Assembly: GCF_001194135.2 (NCBI RefSeq)
Contig: NC_068990.1
Span: 5,476,077 to 5,540,076 of the forward strand
Direction: 5' to 3'
DNA length: 64,000 nucleotides
Source: Octopus bimaculoides
Lineage: Eukaryota
This document shows positions 23,375-37,215 of the stretch, in pieces (positions within the stretch are counted from its first letter, which is position 1; each line of letters opens with the position of its first letter). The position numbers and the translations under genes are program-made. The notes under the pieces are model-generated. The model was not told the DNA's origin, did not search any database, and saw only the letters and a program-made list of their open reading frames with translations.

Positions 23375-25114
23375 TTACACACACATATATACATACACGT
23401 GCAATATGCATTTCGTTCATTTTTTTAATATATGTTTATAATTATTTATGGGAATTCATAGATGTTTTACGCTAAACTTTGTCTATGGTGTTGTAAGTTC
23501 ATAAGTTCATATACAAATGTTTTTTCTGTGAATTATATGATGTCAAAAGTATGTGCTATCCATGTAAATCTGTGCAGTGAGGGAATCAGGCATAAGTTCA
23601 TAGGAGTATATGTCTTTTAGCTGTAGATTGATAGATTCTACAAACAGCGAAATAGGCATTATCAGCGAACCTATTGCAATTAACATTTTATGCACATCAG
23701 AGCCTCCTCAAACCTTACTCGACGGATGTGTAGCAGTGCAACCATTGATTAGTTCAAGAAATTTGAAGATCAGCCCAAAAGGATTTTGCCCGGCGGGTAA
23801 ACGATTCTGCCACTTCACCGTTTTGGCCTGCCGAATAATGAGTTAAATCTTATGCGACCCGCTTCTAGAAAAAGGTTGCCGATTCTTACTTTCATTATCT
23901 CAGATCAGCAGCTATATAGAATCGTTTTGATAAATATTGTCTCACCTTTAGAAATCTAGAAAAAAAAAACAGCAAAAAACAAATGCAGATACGAAGAAGT
24001 GAAAAAGAGACTATTATGCATGACGTTCTGAGAGAGGGAGTAAAGTAATTTGATTCCATGACCAGTCTTTCTTTATTTAGCCTTTAGTAGCTGAAACTTT
24101 AACAACATTACGCTTCTATCTGAAACTTGATGATGAAATTGCTTGGATATTTTCTCTGTTTAAATCACATGTCGGAACAAAGAAACGTCAAGATAATCAT
24201 TTTAATGAGTTATAATATCTTGAAACATATTCATCAGTGACTACTTAATGTTTCTTCACTTGGCTTAATTTTTGGCAAATATCCATTTTCTTCTGTATCC
24301 ATGTTTTAGCGTGGTTCATACAGTACCACATCATTCATTGTTCATCAGAACAATTTAATTGTTTTCCATAATTGTTATTGAGCTATTGAAATTCATTGAA
24401 ATGTCCAGTTTAGTACTCTACTGTCGAAAGTAAAACTTAAATTAACTTCAGACTCATATACGCGATCTCACACACGCAGATATGAATGCATATACGAATA
24501 CACAGACATATCTATATACTTAAACACGCACAAGTTTATACAGTTTACATACAGACATTGATACACAAACATACATACACATTGATTAAAACTTAAATAT
24601 TTTCGTATAACTACAAATAGTGAAGGCATGTTGTCTTGTGGTCAGAACGATCAGTTAGTGTTCAATTCCTAGAGAGGACGGCATGTTTTGTTCTTGAGTA
24701 TACACGTCAGGCCCGAATTATCTCATTTCAAATATGCTTTCGTAATGATTTTCCTATCATAGATCCTACCATAGTCCATCCCATTTTGCATGATAACCAA
24801 TCGATGTCCTTCTCTCTTCGTTATAGCCGAAGTGTCACTTGCTATAGAGCGCTGGTAGGACAGTACTATTGAAGTATTTAGAACGTATGGTCTTGTCTAG
24901 CTTTGATTTGAGTACATCGTTTCTTAAGGTAAAATGCCTTTAATTCAGTTCTTCGAGGTTATAGCATGCATGACTCCGCGCATATTCAGTGCGTGCTCTG
25001 AATAGATGTACTCCTTTATCTCCTCGATTTCGTCACTTATCCCCACCACCATTCGGCCTTATGGAGATACTATATAAATCGAAAGGTGGAAAGGATGTGT
25101 GTTATACTTATTGC

Positions 25115-26760
25115 AGCATGTGTCTGTTAGCTGTTGCTGGAAAGGTCTATTGTTGAGTAGTACTGGACAGGTTGCTTCTGAACATTGCTGATGGGGTTCT
25201 ACCAGAATCGTAATGTGGGTTTAGGGATAGTAAGAATACGATGGATATATTTTTATCTAGACAGTTGCACTGGTAGTGCATCGAACAGGATATGGACTTA
25301 TACCAGGTCTTCATTGATCTAACGAAAGCGTTTGATTCTGTTGCGCTTTGGGAGATCCTGAAAAAGCTAGGATGCCCTGAAAATTTGCGAGAATGGTTAG
25401 ATAATTTTATGGCAAGATAGATGTGAGGGTTAATGTTGGATGCACCTTATCAGATCCAATTTCTGTAGAAAATGGTGTAAATCAAGGTGATATTCTTGCA
25501 CCTACATTGTTTGCTATGTATTTTGCAATAGTCTTTCAAATAGCCTTTGAAGATTGCACTGAAGGGGTCTATATCAGATATAGGACAACGAGGAAACTGT
25601 TCAATCTCAAAGGACTCTATGCTAAAAGGAAAGTTCTGCATTCTCACCTCATTGAGTTCCTGTATGCATATGATTGTGACCTGTTGGCACATTCCGAGAA
25701 AGATGTGCAGCACTTGTTGAATGCAATTTGTGCAGCATGTGCAGCATTGGGTCTAACGTACAATCTGAAAAAAAACTGTTATAATGTACCAGCCTGCTCC
25801 CTCCAAGATGTATGTGGAACCTTTTATAACTGTTAATGGTCAAAGGTTGGAGACTGTGCCTAGATTTATTTATTTAGGAAGTACCTTGAGCACTGCTGGT
25901 CTTGATGATGAAATTTCATACAGAATCAGCAGGGCTAGTAGTGCTTTTGGTAGGTTTGATAGCTGTCTGTGGACACGATATAATATATCTTCACAGATTA
26001 AAATTAAGGTACATAACAGGTGTGTCCTGCCATCTTTGCTATATAGGAGTGAGGCATGGGTTATTTACCGTAGGCATGTAAGGCAACTGAAAAGATACCA
26101 TCAATACGGTCTGAGAAACATTTGTGGGATAAACTGCAAAATGGCCATTGGTAATATGGAAGTGCTTGAGAGGAGTGGCAGTAGAAGTATAGAGTCAATG
26201 ATTCTGCAAAGATGTTTGAGGTGGGGTGCGTGGCATCTGGTAGGATGAGTGATGAGAGACTGCCCAAGCAGTTATTGTATGGTGAGCTGGAAGACGACTG
26301 GAGACCAGCGCATAAGTCTAAACCAAGTTTTAAGGAATATCTTTAAAATGCTGTAACACAGACAGGAATTGCAGTTGGTGATTAGGAGAGGGAGGCAGAA
26401 GACCGGGATGAATGGAGGAAGACAGTAGTTGTTTGGGGTTTGAGAGAGTGAGAATGAAGTATGAGAGAATTAAAAGGGGAATTAGAAGCAGGGAACCTGT
26501 GGAGAGTGAATGGGTGTTGCTTTTTTGTGTGTGGTTTGAGGGAGAAGGTGTTTGAGTCGTGCAGTCCTGGTCAGCTATCAAAAATTTCACAGGAATCGAC
26601 CCATGATAAACAGTGATGTGGTTATTACAATTCACAACAGGACATGTATAAAACGTGGAAGGGTGTGCCTCTCAGTTGGAGGTCTGAAAAGACATGTTAA
26701 GAGAGTGCATACGGTGGTACCTGTTACTCCTGCCAGCCAGCACAGCTATGCAATATATTA
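25115..26760 (+). mobile_element. RTE-clade LINE, 5'-truncated and frameshifted (RT domain to C-terminus)
   Basis: Motifs FIDLTKAFDSV, GVNQGDILAPTLF, YAYDCDL (YADD equivalent), FIYLGSTLS, RLPKQLLYGEL and a terminal CGRVCLSVGGLKRH-type zinc finger. Multiple stops and frameshifts. Confidence 0.95.
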
Positions 26761-27689
26761 TAAAATGTGTAAAATTTTGGCTGGGCTTAAAAGTCTTATA
26801 GGGGCATCGCATAGCATCAATAGAATCATTTCAATAAGCCTTTTTGGTAATGACTTTTCCCGTGTAATGGGGGTGCAGCTATAATGTATGTATGTATATT
26901 TGTGGTGGGTAAAAAAGTTCGAGTGAAGAAGTATTAACTTGCTTTCCTGCTATCTGAAGAGCCAACATTCATTATAATTCTGTTACTGCACTGTTAATCG
27001 CGCGAGAAATGCTAATACTTCTTCGTCGCTGGCTCACTCCAACTAAATTAAATATATATNNNNNNNNNNNNNNNNNNNNNNNNNNNNNNNNNNNNNNNNN
27101 NNNNNNNNNNNNNNNNNNNNNNNNNNNNNNNNNNNNNNNNNNNNNNNNNNNNNNNNNNNNNNNNNNNNNNNNNNNNNNNNNNNNNNNNNNNNNNNNNNNN
27201 NNNNNNNNNNNNNNNNNNNNNNNNNNNNNNNNNNNNNNNNNNNNNNNNNNNNNNNNNNNNNNNNNNNNNNNNNNNNNNNNNNNNNNNNNNNNNNNNTATA
27301 TATATATATATATATATATGTATACACAATGGCCATTGAGTATTGTATAGAAGCAGCCGTAGCAATGATTTGAAAAAGATTTTAAATGAATCTTTTACGA
27401 CTCTGCGATGGTGAACTCAGCTGCTCTTAAAATCAATTTTGTAATTTTATCGTAGATAATTTGATCATGCATAGAGGCTTGTGATTACCATTTTCATGGA
27501 CTGTATTCAGTTGAGATGTCATATGATACTGCTGGAATGATAACCATTGATGATCAAATTCATACACAGCAGAAAATTTGGTCGTTTTTATCACGAAACT
27601 ACCTGGTTCGTTTGAAACAACATGATAGTATAATTACCACTAATAAATACTGTACAATCTAACTACAATTGCAGGGACATGTAAACAAG

Positions 27690-28280
27690 AGCGATTTTTC
27701 GTGGTCACTCAATCTAGATATTTCATTCAAATTTGTTTCAAATTTCACCATGATACAGGAGAGGGCACATTAGATAATGTAGTCCTAGATATTCATGTTT
27801 AAGGGTTATCTAGGAGTTCATTAGAGCGCTAGAAAGGATAACTTATCTGCTGAGAGCGTTTGTGTATATGATCGATATTCTACAAGTAGTAGCTAAATCT
27901 CTTTCAAATCATAAAACTTAGCATTTTAGAAATGAAATGTATGTTGGTGAATGTGATTCTGGATTCACTGCTGATAAAAAAAAATAGGAGATTGTCACGG
28001 TTGGAAAGTGTTTTGAACTCAAGTCTGTTCAGTAAGGGTACACCTGAAGCTAAACATGAACTATAACAAATATCCACACAGGAAATGTGTTGCTCTTCCC
28101 ACTTAAAACTTCAGAAGCTGAGGAGAATGCTATGGGAATTTTGTGATATAAAATAGAGCAATGCTAGAATGTTAGGATGTTTAGATTCCGAACTAGTGAT
28201 CTACTTGAATACTTGAACGAGGCTGTTCGAGCTGCTAGAAATAGCAGTCAAATCTCCTTTAAATTAAATCGTCTGTCATT
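27690..28280 (+). mobile_element. Cluster of an unclassified interspersed repeat (motif CTAGAAATAGCAGYCAAATCTCC...CACATTAGATAATGTAGTCCTAGA)
   Basis: The motif recurs at about 27715, 27880 and 28230, and elsewhere at about 33100 (-), 35300 and 41830. Confidence 0.55.
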
Positions 28281-28879
28281 TCATTCATTCATTCACCGGG
28301 ACATACATCTCGACTGGAGAAGCTCTTCTCTCAACCCCGCTTAGCAGTATTTGTTTAGAGCTGACCTTTACTTCGAAGTGAACGAGATTGTTGTTTAGAT
28401 AAGTAAGTGCAATTTAACTCAGAATACAGACAGCTGGTAGAAATACCACCAAACATCCGGTCCAGCATTTTACAGATCCGCCAGTCCACCCTGACCCTGG
28501 ATTGATGCATTTTAATCGTCCCAGAAAGGATAAAATGCAAAGCTGGCAATGACGGCATTTTATCTCAAAGCACAAGGAGTCAGAACAAATATCACGAAGC
28601 ATGTAATTCGATGCTTTCACGACTGTCGTTTTGCAGCCTTTATCATATCCCACCGTCTGAGAATAGGAGACTAGGAAAATATAACCACAGTTACACAACT
28701 CCTGACAAAAAGAAAAAGCAGGGTTGACTGATACTGTAAAGTCTTTTGTCATAGCTATGTTCAGTTAAATTTGTGGCTAAATGATGACTGGTACAATTTA
28801 TATTTCACAGTTCATATATTGGTATAACCTACAATAAAAATTGTACGAGTAGGAGCGTTCACTTGGTTGGTTGATGTTT

Positions 28880-29835
28880 GAAATAGATTTATTTATTAAG
28901 ACACTCAGGGCTGAACACAGAGAGGACAATACAATGTAGAATTTTTCTTTTCAAAACCGATCAATAGGGATCGAAAATGTTTTGGGACGTGTACACAATG
29001 GATAACAGTATCGTTTTAACAAATGAAATTCCCAAAAGGCAGAGAAAATAAAACACTGACTATGGTTATCCGTGGAAAGAAAAACCTACGAAAAAAGAAC
29101 CACGATAACAAAAATTCCTTTTCAAGTAATACTTGAAAAAGTTGATGAGAAGTTGGCCAGAGGGGAAGGTATTTGTCTCTAAGTCTTTCAGGTGTGTCCA
29201 CCATATACATTCTTTCACCATAGCCAAGATGAAAACTGCCTTGCCTTCCCGGTTAAAGGAAGGTGGCGGGACAATATTTATAATAGACTTGGCTGACAAC
29301 CGGACTCAACCCACACGTGACAGCAGCCGTTCGACATAGGCCCACAGGTCTGAAATATTTGGACATTGCATGAGTGCGTGAAGAACGGTTTTGTCGTTTT
29401 CGGCAAGTCGGTTCGGTGTTTCTTGATCTGTGTCTGTAGAACTTATCTCGAACGGGAAATGCTCCCCAATAGCATTGGCCAGGAATCTCTAGAAATTGTC
29501 CATAGGTCCTGGCCCGAAAGTGGTCCTGGAATGGTGAGTTAGGTATTCCCTGTCGACGCCTAGAGTCTCCCCAAGAACGTGTCACCTCCCCTCCACTAAT
29601 CTTCTATAGAACGCCTTGGTGGAATTGAAATCACAAAAGTTTGAACCCGGGTGGCAGAGCTGCTCGAGAGCATGGCGACACTCGCGGTACCATTCACCCA
29701 GCCTCGGTCTCTGCTTCATTCATGATTGCAGTTCAGTCAATGAGACAAGCTGTGGAAAAACGCGTCTTACAAACGGTGTCCACACCTGTTCACCATCGTC
29801 TATGAAATGCCGGAGATGTCGCATCTATTTAGCCC
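28880..29835 (-). mobile_element. L1/Tx1-clade LINE, 3' part of ORF2 plus 3' UTR, decayed
   Basis: Minus-strand translation gives MRHLRHFIDDGEQVWTPFVRR..., WQCYWGAFPVRDKFYRH..., KTVLHALMQCPNISDLWAYVERLL (C-terminal CCHC/zf-RVT-like) and LAMVKECIWW. It ends in AATAAATAA. Confidence 0.85.
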
Positions 29836-32175
29836 TCTATTTAGCGGTTGTTGACAGCAAATTGAAAGGGGTAGCAATGAAACCGAAGACGTCGTTTTTG
29901 AAAAAATTCTGAAGATTTCAATTGAGACAGCAGAAGACTATCTAATAATTTTACCGTTATTCCTGATAGGCCAACAAACCTAACGACGGAATGAGATAAA
30001 AGAGCCGAGAATGTTTCTATAAGTAGTGTGCTGAATGATGTGTAATTGGTATTGTCAACTGAGTTCCTATTCATCCACTGTGTAGAAGCTCCAGGTTTCT
30101 GAATATACTAGCGTAACTCCTGCGAAAATTTGACTCACAGGTTTCTTATTTGAGTGTTTAGCAGAGCAAAAGAAAGAGTGATCTATCTACAAAATATTTA
30201 CATTAGAAATATGCAATAAGACTGAAGCAAGGAAAGACGTACGTTAACAAGTTTTTTTTTTTAAATAATACTAAACATATTTTAAGCAAATTTTCACAGG
30301 GGAATGTTCGATAGAAGACAAATTGTGGTTTCGATCACGCAAAATTGATTAGAAAAAAAATTCAAGTCTATAGAGGAAAAAAAAATCGAAAATAAAATAT
30401 ATCTTCCACAAAATGACAAATTAACAGTCCACCATTCAAGAATTAATGTTCAGTTATTTTTTCTGCTAATAACATTATGCGTCACCAAAATAAATATATT
30501 AATAAACAAACTTATAGATAAATAACTAAATAATAATTGAACACTATATAATATTACTGTAAATGGATGATAAAATCCTCGTACAATTCAAATATTTAAG
30601 TACATTTTTTCCTTTTCTTTGCCTTCTATTTGGTGATTTATTGTCGCTTTGTTGAACTACAAAAGAAATTATATGTTATAGACGTTTCACCGTTAATGGA
30701 AAGCAACTTTTAATCAGCATAGTAATACTGGAAAAGAAAAAAGAACAAAAGAATCCGCAAAATTCATCATTTATTCATTATACTTTTATTCAATAATATA
30801 CACGTATATAGAAAGTATGAAACACGTTTTTAACACACACTATATCTCAAGCTATATACTGCAAGTGATAATTTTAATTAATTTTTCCAAATTCTGGAAC
30901 AATGCTGTTTCGCAGAACCTAACCTAAGTCACCATATAAAAATACAATGGATTTAGAACTGATGCTGATTGGAACAATGGCTTCTATAATTCTGATATCT
31001 TCCTTTGTTTTTCTATTTATATATTTTACACTGTGGCATGGTTTTTATTCATTAACAAATTTCAATAATAGCCCAAAGTGAAATCGATATCCCGTAACAG
31101 TATGATGATTCATATTCTACAAACCAACTTTTATATGAGAACAATTTATTTTAATACTATTTGAAAGCAAAGCAATTCATGGTATCTGCTCATAGTCTTT
31201 GCACATCTTTGTCTCAGGTACTGAACACGCATTGATAGAAGTCACTAAAATAGACGTAGATATCTTACTAATTTGTTACAACATTGTACGATTGAAAATT
31301 ATCTTTCTTAATTTCAGTGATTTCAAGTTCTCTTATCAATCAAAGAGCAATAACTTCAATGTATTCCATATTTGAATCTTTACATGAAGAGTGAGTCGTT
31401 ATTATTGCACTAAAGTCGATAGGGTTACGGTTCCAGCTACATATCCCACATACTTTCTAGATAAAAAAAATTCTGAATTATGCAAGATCATATGAATTAT
31501 AGAAATGGCAGAGAAAACCTATAGAACACACACGCACACAAATAATGGCAACCACTGCAACATAAACAACAATGGAAATTACCCTAAAAAAGCAATAGCA
31601 ATAGAAATAACAATATCTGAACATGTGACTAACTCCTTTCCAATTTGCTTATTGTATATATATATATATATNNNNNNNNNNNNNNNNNNNNNNNNNNNNN
31701 NNNNNNNNNNNNNNNNNNNNNNNNNNNNNNNNNNNNNNNNNNNNNNNNNNNNNNNNNNNNNNNNNNNNNNNNNNNNNNNNNNNNNNNNNNNNNNNNNNNN
31801 NNNNNNNNNNNNNNNNNNNNNNNNNNNNNNNNNNNNNNNNNNNNNNNNNNNNNNNNNNNNNNNNNNNNNNNNNNNNNNNNNNNNNNNNNNNNNNNNNNNN
31901 NNNNNNNNNNNNNNNNNNNNNNNNNNNNNNNNNNNNNNNNNNNNNNNNNNNNNNNNNNNNNNNNNNNNNNNNNNNNNNNNNNNNNNNNNNNNNNNNNNNN
32001 NNNNNNNNNNNNNNNNNNNNNNNNNNNNNNNNNNNNNNNNNNNNNNNNNNNNNNNNNNNNNNNNNNNNNNNNNNNNNNNNNNNNNNNNNNNNNNNNNNNN
32101 NNNNNNNNNNNNNNNNNNNNNNNNNNNNNNNNNNNNNNNNNNNNNNNNNNNNNNNNNNNNNNNNNNNNNNNNNNN

Positions 32176-32218
<43 letters not shown>

Positions 32219-32221
32219 TAC

Positions 32222-32345
32222 AACAAATTTCCTTCAGTTTCCATCGACCAAATCAATTCAGAAGACTTTGGTCCGCCTGGGGCTATGATGGAAGACACTT
32301 GCCCAGGGTGCCATACAGTGGAATTGAATGTGATTGTGAAGCGAA
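32222..32345 (-). mobile_element. SINE family D fragment
   Basis: GAAGACACTTGCCCAGGGTGCCATACAGTGG matches the core of 13257-13418. Confidence 0.8.
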
Positions 32346-32354
32346 CTTCTTAAC

Positions 32355-32775
32355 GTACAGATATCCTCTATGTCACGGAATGCGTGGCAACAAGCTCACA
32401 AAAGCAATTTTCTACGCTGAACTGCATCAGGCCAGGCGAAACCGTGGTGACCTGAGATTGAAATACTGGGGGGTGCCGAAGAAAAGTATAAAAAACTCCA
32501 GCATCTCCCCAGACACCTTGTAGGAGAAGCCCTTACCGCGTGATGAATGGCACTAATCATCGAAGCTCGTAATTCCAAGAGAAACAACAGGGAGAATACG
32601 AAATAGCACACGAGAGGCGTCACTGCTCCATTGTATCATGTACTTGCACCTGCAGCAGGTGTCATCGTTGCTGCAGATCAAGAGCAGGCCTTGAAGCCTA
32701 CATGGGAGCCCGCTAGAGATGATTACTGAACAAAACAGTCAACGTCAACCTACGACGGACAGTTGACGACAAATA
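32355..32775 (+). mobile_element. RTE LINE 3' end, decayed
   Basis: GMRGNKLTKAIFYAELHQARRNRG... and a terminal C-x-x-C...SRAGL motif are homologous to the C-terminus at 26240-26710. Confidence 0.8.
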
Positions 32776-33186
32776 TGAAGGTACTGACTTTGCTGCTATA
32801 TATCTCAAGGAATAATAATTCTTGGAGGTATAGAGCAGCAAATTATTATTATATAATTATCAACTGGTCATTCTAATACCTTACGATCTAAGTTCTTGGC
32901 CAGTATTTATACCACGGCCAGCTTAGTCTTCGGATGCCCGTTCCAGAGTTGACTCGGTTGCAAGTATTGGGGCCAGGCTTCTAATTCGAGAATAAATTAT
33001 TCCTTTCTGCCAAACGGTCTTAGAGTCTCTCAAAGTGTCATAGTGGACACTTCACTTCTCCGATTGAACAGTAAGCATTTTAAAATATCAGGCGAGTGTG
33101 ATTTAGGAGATATTTTTCTGTTGATTCTAGTAGGTGCAGCAGCAATGTAGAATGAAGTCGGGAATATGTATGCTTACTTATCTATC

Positions 33187-33418
33187 TACCGAAGGCGACG
33201 ACCTGGAAGGATCATGAAAACGTTGGCCAAAATGCTTAGTGACATTTCGTCTGGCTCTTTACGTTCTGAGTCCAACTCTAGCTAAGGTCAAGTTTGCTTT
33301 TCCTACTTTAAGTTTCGGTGAAATAAAGTACCAGTTAAGTATTGTAGTTGATGCAATCGATTTGTCACCTCTACACAAAACTGCTAAACTTGGGCCAAAA
33401 TTTGAAAGAATTATCATT
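33187..33418 (+). mobile_element. SINE family A, degraded full length
   Basis: Head, AAATAAAGTACCAGTT core and GGGCCAAAATTTGAAAGAATTAT tail. Confidence 0.75.
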
Positions 33419-34136
33419 CTAGCTTACATGTTATTCAGTTTTTCTTATTTCTCAGCGCTGTCTTGAGACACATCATAAGCTCAACCACCTAACGGATTAG
33501 TATTATATAAACACTAGTAGCTTCTACATCCTAGGATCTAAATATATTTTAATGTTTTCTTCATTTTCTTCAATATCTTAATTGCTCTAATGATTACATT
33601 AATTCCTGACTATTTTCTCCTCAGACGTGTAACTTTTCGTTTGAAAGAACAGAGAATTCATAGATCTATATGCATGCACATTTTTTAATATAAATATTAA
33701 AAGAAAAGGCGTATTGCACAAAAAAAAAAAATGAAATGTAATTTCAAGTCAGGAATAGCTACTAAAAGAATTATTCACGTAGAATCACCTGACACTGGTA
33801 TTGTACATCCTTTGTCTGGTTTTTGAAATAATTCCTTTTCTGTTTTAGTCTTGAAAAGATTGCCATTCATAGGAGTAACTGCTGGCTTAAATGAAAGAGT
33901 TAGAAAGCAGTATCATGTCTACTGCAGCTATTCTGTCTGCTTCAGCCAACAAATAATGCAGAGATCGATATCATGTAACTAACTAAAAGGTTGATGAAAT
34001 AGCTGACTTTTAAGTGAATTCACACAATGAACGAAAACTACTCAAAGAATCCTATTTTCAGTACATGTCATTAGTAGAAACAAATTTGGACGAAAATGAT
34101 AATTGCTTCTGTTTCACCTTATCAAAGACAACACTG

Positions 34137-34181
<45 letters not shown>

Positions 34182-35654
34182 ATGCACGCACACATACACA
34201 CATTCACAAACGCACTCATATATATATATATGTNNNNNNNNNNNNNNNNNNNNNNNNNNNNNNNNNNNNNNNNNNNNNNNNNNNNNNNNNNNNNNNNNNN
34301 NNNNNNNNNNNNNNNNNNNNNNNNNNNNNNNNNNNNNNNNNNNNNNNNNNNNNNNNNNNNNNNNNNNNNNNNNNNNNNNNNNNNNNNNNNNNNNNNNNNN
34401 NNNNNNNNNNNNNNNNNNNNNNNNNNNNNNNNNNNNNNNNNNNNNNNNNNNNNNNNNNNNNNNNNNNNNNNNNNNNNNNNNNNNNNNNNNNNNNNNNNNN
34501 NNNNNNNNNNNATATACGCATATATGTGTGCATATATATATGCACATATGTACATTTTTACATTATATATACATATTTGTATACACACACACACACACAC
34601 ACACACGCGTGCGCGCATATTCTATTGTTTATCATGTAAGACGAGGATCATAGCTTGAACGTTCTAATCACGGCATCATAGTATAAAGTAATGAGAGAAA
34701 AAAAATAGCTGAAATAAACAGCAAAAGCTAAAATAAACAAACGAAAAAAGAATAAGAAAACTGAATTGTTGTCTGTGGAAGTGTTTTAAAGAGAGATAAT
34801 CTGGAAACATTCGTAGATGAAAGAAAATTAAAATGTATACAAGAAAGAAATGCATGACTCAGTAAATATTACACAGAAGCTTTCAGACGTTGAATCTAAA
34901 TTTGTATTCACTCCCCTAATATCACTTCTACCCTTGCTCATCTTTGATGATTTCTATACTCTTCGTGCTCCTCCTCCGCGCTGTTTTTCCTTCCTTCTTT
35001 CCTTCCTTTCTTCTCCTCCTCCTACATCTACTCTCCACCACAAACACTATAAATCAGTTGATGGGTGAATAAGTCGATGTCGTAAAAAAAGCAAAAAAAA
35101 AAAACAAAAACATTATTTCATCTTCACCAACGTCCAAAGTAGCAGCCGAGTTTTGCAAATTAATTAAAAGTTAGTTTTTCTGAAACTGAGTTCATGTATT
35201 TCAAAACCTAAATATTAATTAGCTGTTCAATTCCAACCGCTTCAAATGAAATGATCACAATTACAAGCAGTCACAGGACGAGCTAATGTGAGAAAACTGT
35301 TTGTTAGAAATGACAGCCAAATTTCCCTAAAATCTCATCCAAACTCGCTCATAAACACAATCCAGCCTGCAACTCACAAATGTACTTTCTGTCTGCTTCT
35401 CCCTCTCTCTTAATTTCTCTATCTTTCTCTTCTCTTCTCTATATTTGTGTGGAGAGAGAAAAAATAACAAGACAGAGGGACGAAGATACAGAAAGTTTTA
35501 ATTGGTGTTTATAATGGCCTCTTCTCTTCGGAAATGGCTGGTCTCGAGCTTCCTTTAAACACTCCCACCTCACTTGTCTCTCCTCCCCTCACAATTCATA
35601 TTGTCTTCACCAGCAAATCTTTGTAGCTGTAATAATTGCAATGTTCACTACTCC

Positions 35655-35750
35655 ATTCCTTCCTTCCTTCTTTGCTTCTTTCCTTCTGTCTTTCCTTCCT
35701 TCCTTCTTTCTTTCTTTCCTTCGTTCCTTCCTTCTTTCTTTCCTTCTTTC
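35655..35750. repeat. (TTCC)n/(TTTC)n tract
   Basis: Direct inspection. Confidence 0.9.
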
Positions 35751-35779
35751 ATAGAGCGTCGATTTCTTTTCTCTTGCAG

Positions 35780-35830
35780 CCGGCCACTTGCGACGGTTTA
35801 ATGAGAACCTTGCTAGCACCACTCTTACAG
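35780..35830 (+). CDS. Weak candidate 51-nt exon
   Basis: Strong acceptor GATTTCTTTTCTCTTGCAG and a possible donor CAG|GTTTCC. Length is a multiple of 3 and it is open in two frames. Confidence 0.2.
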
Positions 35831-37069
35831 GTTTCCGAAAACTCACAAAAGCCAGCGGACAGCTTATTCAGTACAATCAATACAATTACTGTACTGTATT
35901 AAAAACAAATAGCAGTTATCTCCATCCATGATGTAGATTGGTTCTTTCAGCAACGACAGCAAGAGTAAAAGCATCTACGAAATGAAACTTCAACGTGGTC
36001 GTACGATATGCTAGAAACACCAGCCACATCTGCCCCCAAATCACATCGTATCGTTAAAAATGTAAGAGAAAATCTCGGACAGTGTACTTCTGGATATAGA
36101 ACATATTCGATTTGTATTGATCTGGGGCTAAACAACAAGAGCAAACAAAACTAAACGCCTCATCAAACGCAATATTTCAGGACTATTACACGTTCATATT
36201 TCACATGTCTCTGTTCTGCAAAAACGTGACAACAACAATAACAACTATAGCAATAACAATAGCAGAAAAGTCAGTAATATCAAAGTCAGTGTATTTCCAA
36301 TGTAAACGTTGTTTCAACAACCGATGCGAAACATCAAATGCTTCTTAGTTGACTAAGAGCATAAATGCTTAACTTACATATTCATGAAGTCTTATAGCAA
36401 AAACAAAGTTGTTTGGCTTATTTTTACTGCCGGAATTGTTTGGGATTACCTAACATGTTTGTGAAAATTATATAAAAGGAAATCATAAGAATGACATGAA
36501 TTTTCGTTCTTGATACAAGCGTTTTCAAGATATCCAGAATCTTAGTTCTTGTCGCTAAATAATCCTTTTAATCCCTTAACGCTTTGAACGTTGCGCATGT
36601 CAGATTTAGAAGGATAAAATCCTTCCTATAAATGACTTGCTTTATAAACGAAGCGATTGCACAAAATAATCCTTTGGCATCGGCATTTGTAAGAATACAA
36701 ATGTGTATTAATGTTTTCACAAAAGACGCATTTATTCTTATACATGTATACCTTACGAATAAATATATCATTAAAAAGAAAAAGAAAAATATAAATCCCT
36801 TTTTGTTTCCCTAGTTTGTGGATTCTAATATTTGTTACACTTCAGAAACTGAGTAAACATTGGTTTATTTTTGACTTAGCAGAAAAGTACGGGATTTTAA
36901 GAGAACAGAATGCGGAGACGACGTATGGAACTTATTGTTTTCCAGAAGACATTAGTGAGGTTGATAAAGTGAAATGACATAAACCCAGGAATTGAAATTT
37001 CCATGTGGCTTGCATTCCACTCTGCCTTTCAGCAGTTTGGCCAATATCCTTGTTAAGTCAATGGACACT

Positions 37070-37215
37070 TTCTGAGGCAAAAGTGTCAGCTTCGTTACGC
37101 AATCATAAGATCCTGGCCTCGATCCCACTCACTGCGTGTCATTTTAAGCAAGTGTGGTAACACAGCCTCGGTCGGCTCAAACTTTGTGAATGAAACGGAA
37201 CGGACGGAAAATAGA
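37070..37215 (+). mobile_element. SINE family D, degraded
   Basis: CTCGATCCCACTCACTGCGTGTCATTTTAAGCAAGTGT...GCCTCGGTCGGCTCAAACTTTGTGAATG. Confidence 0.6.
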
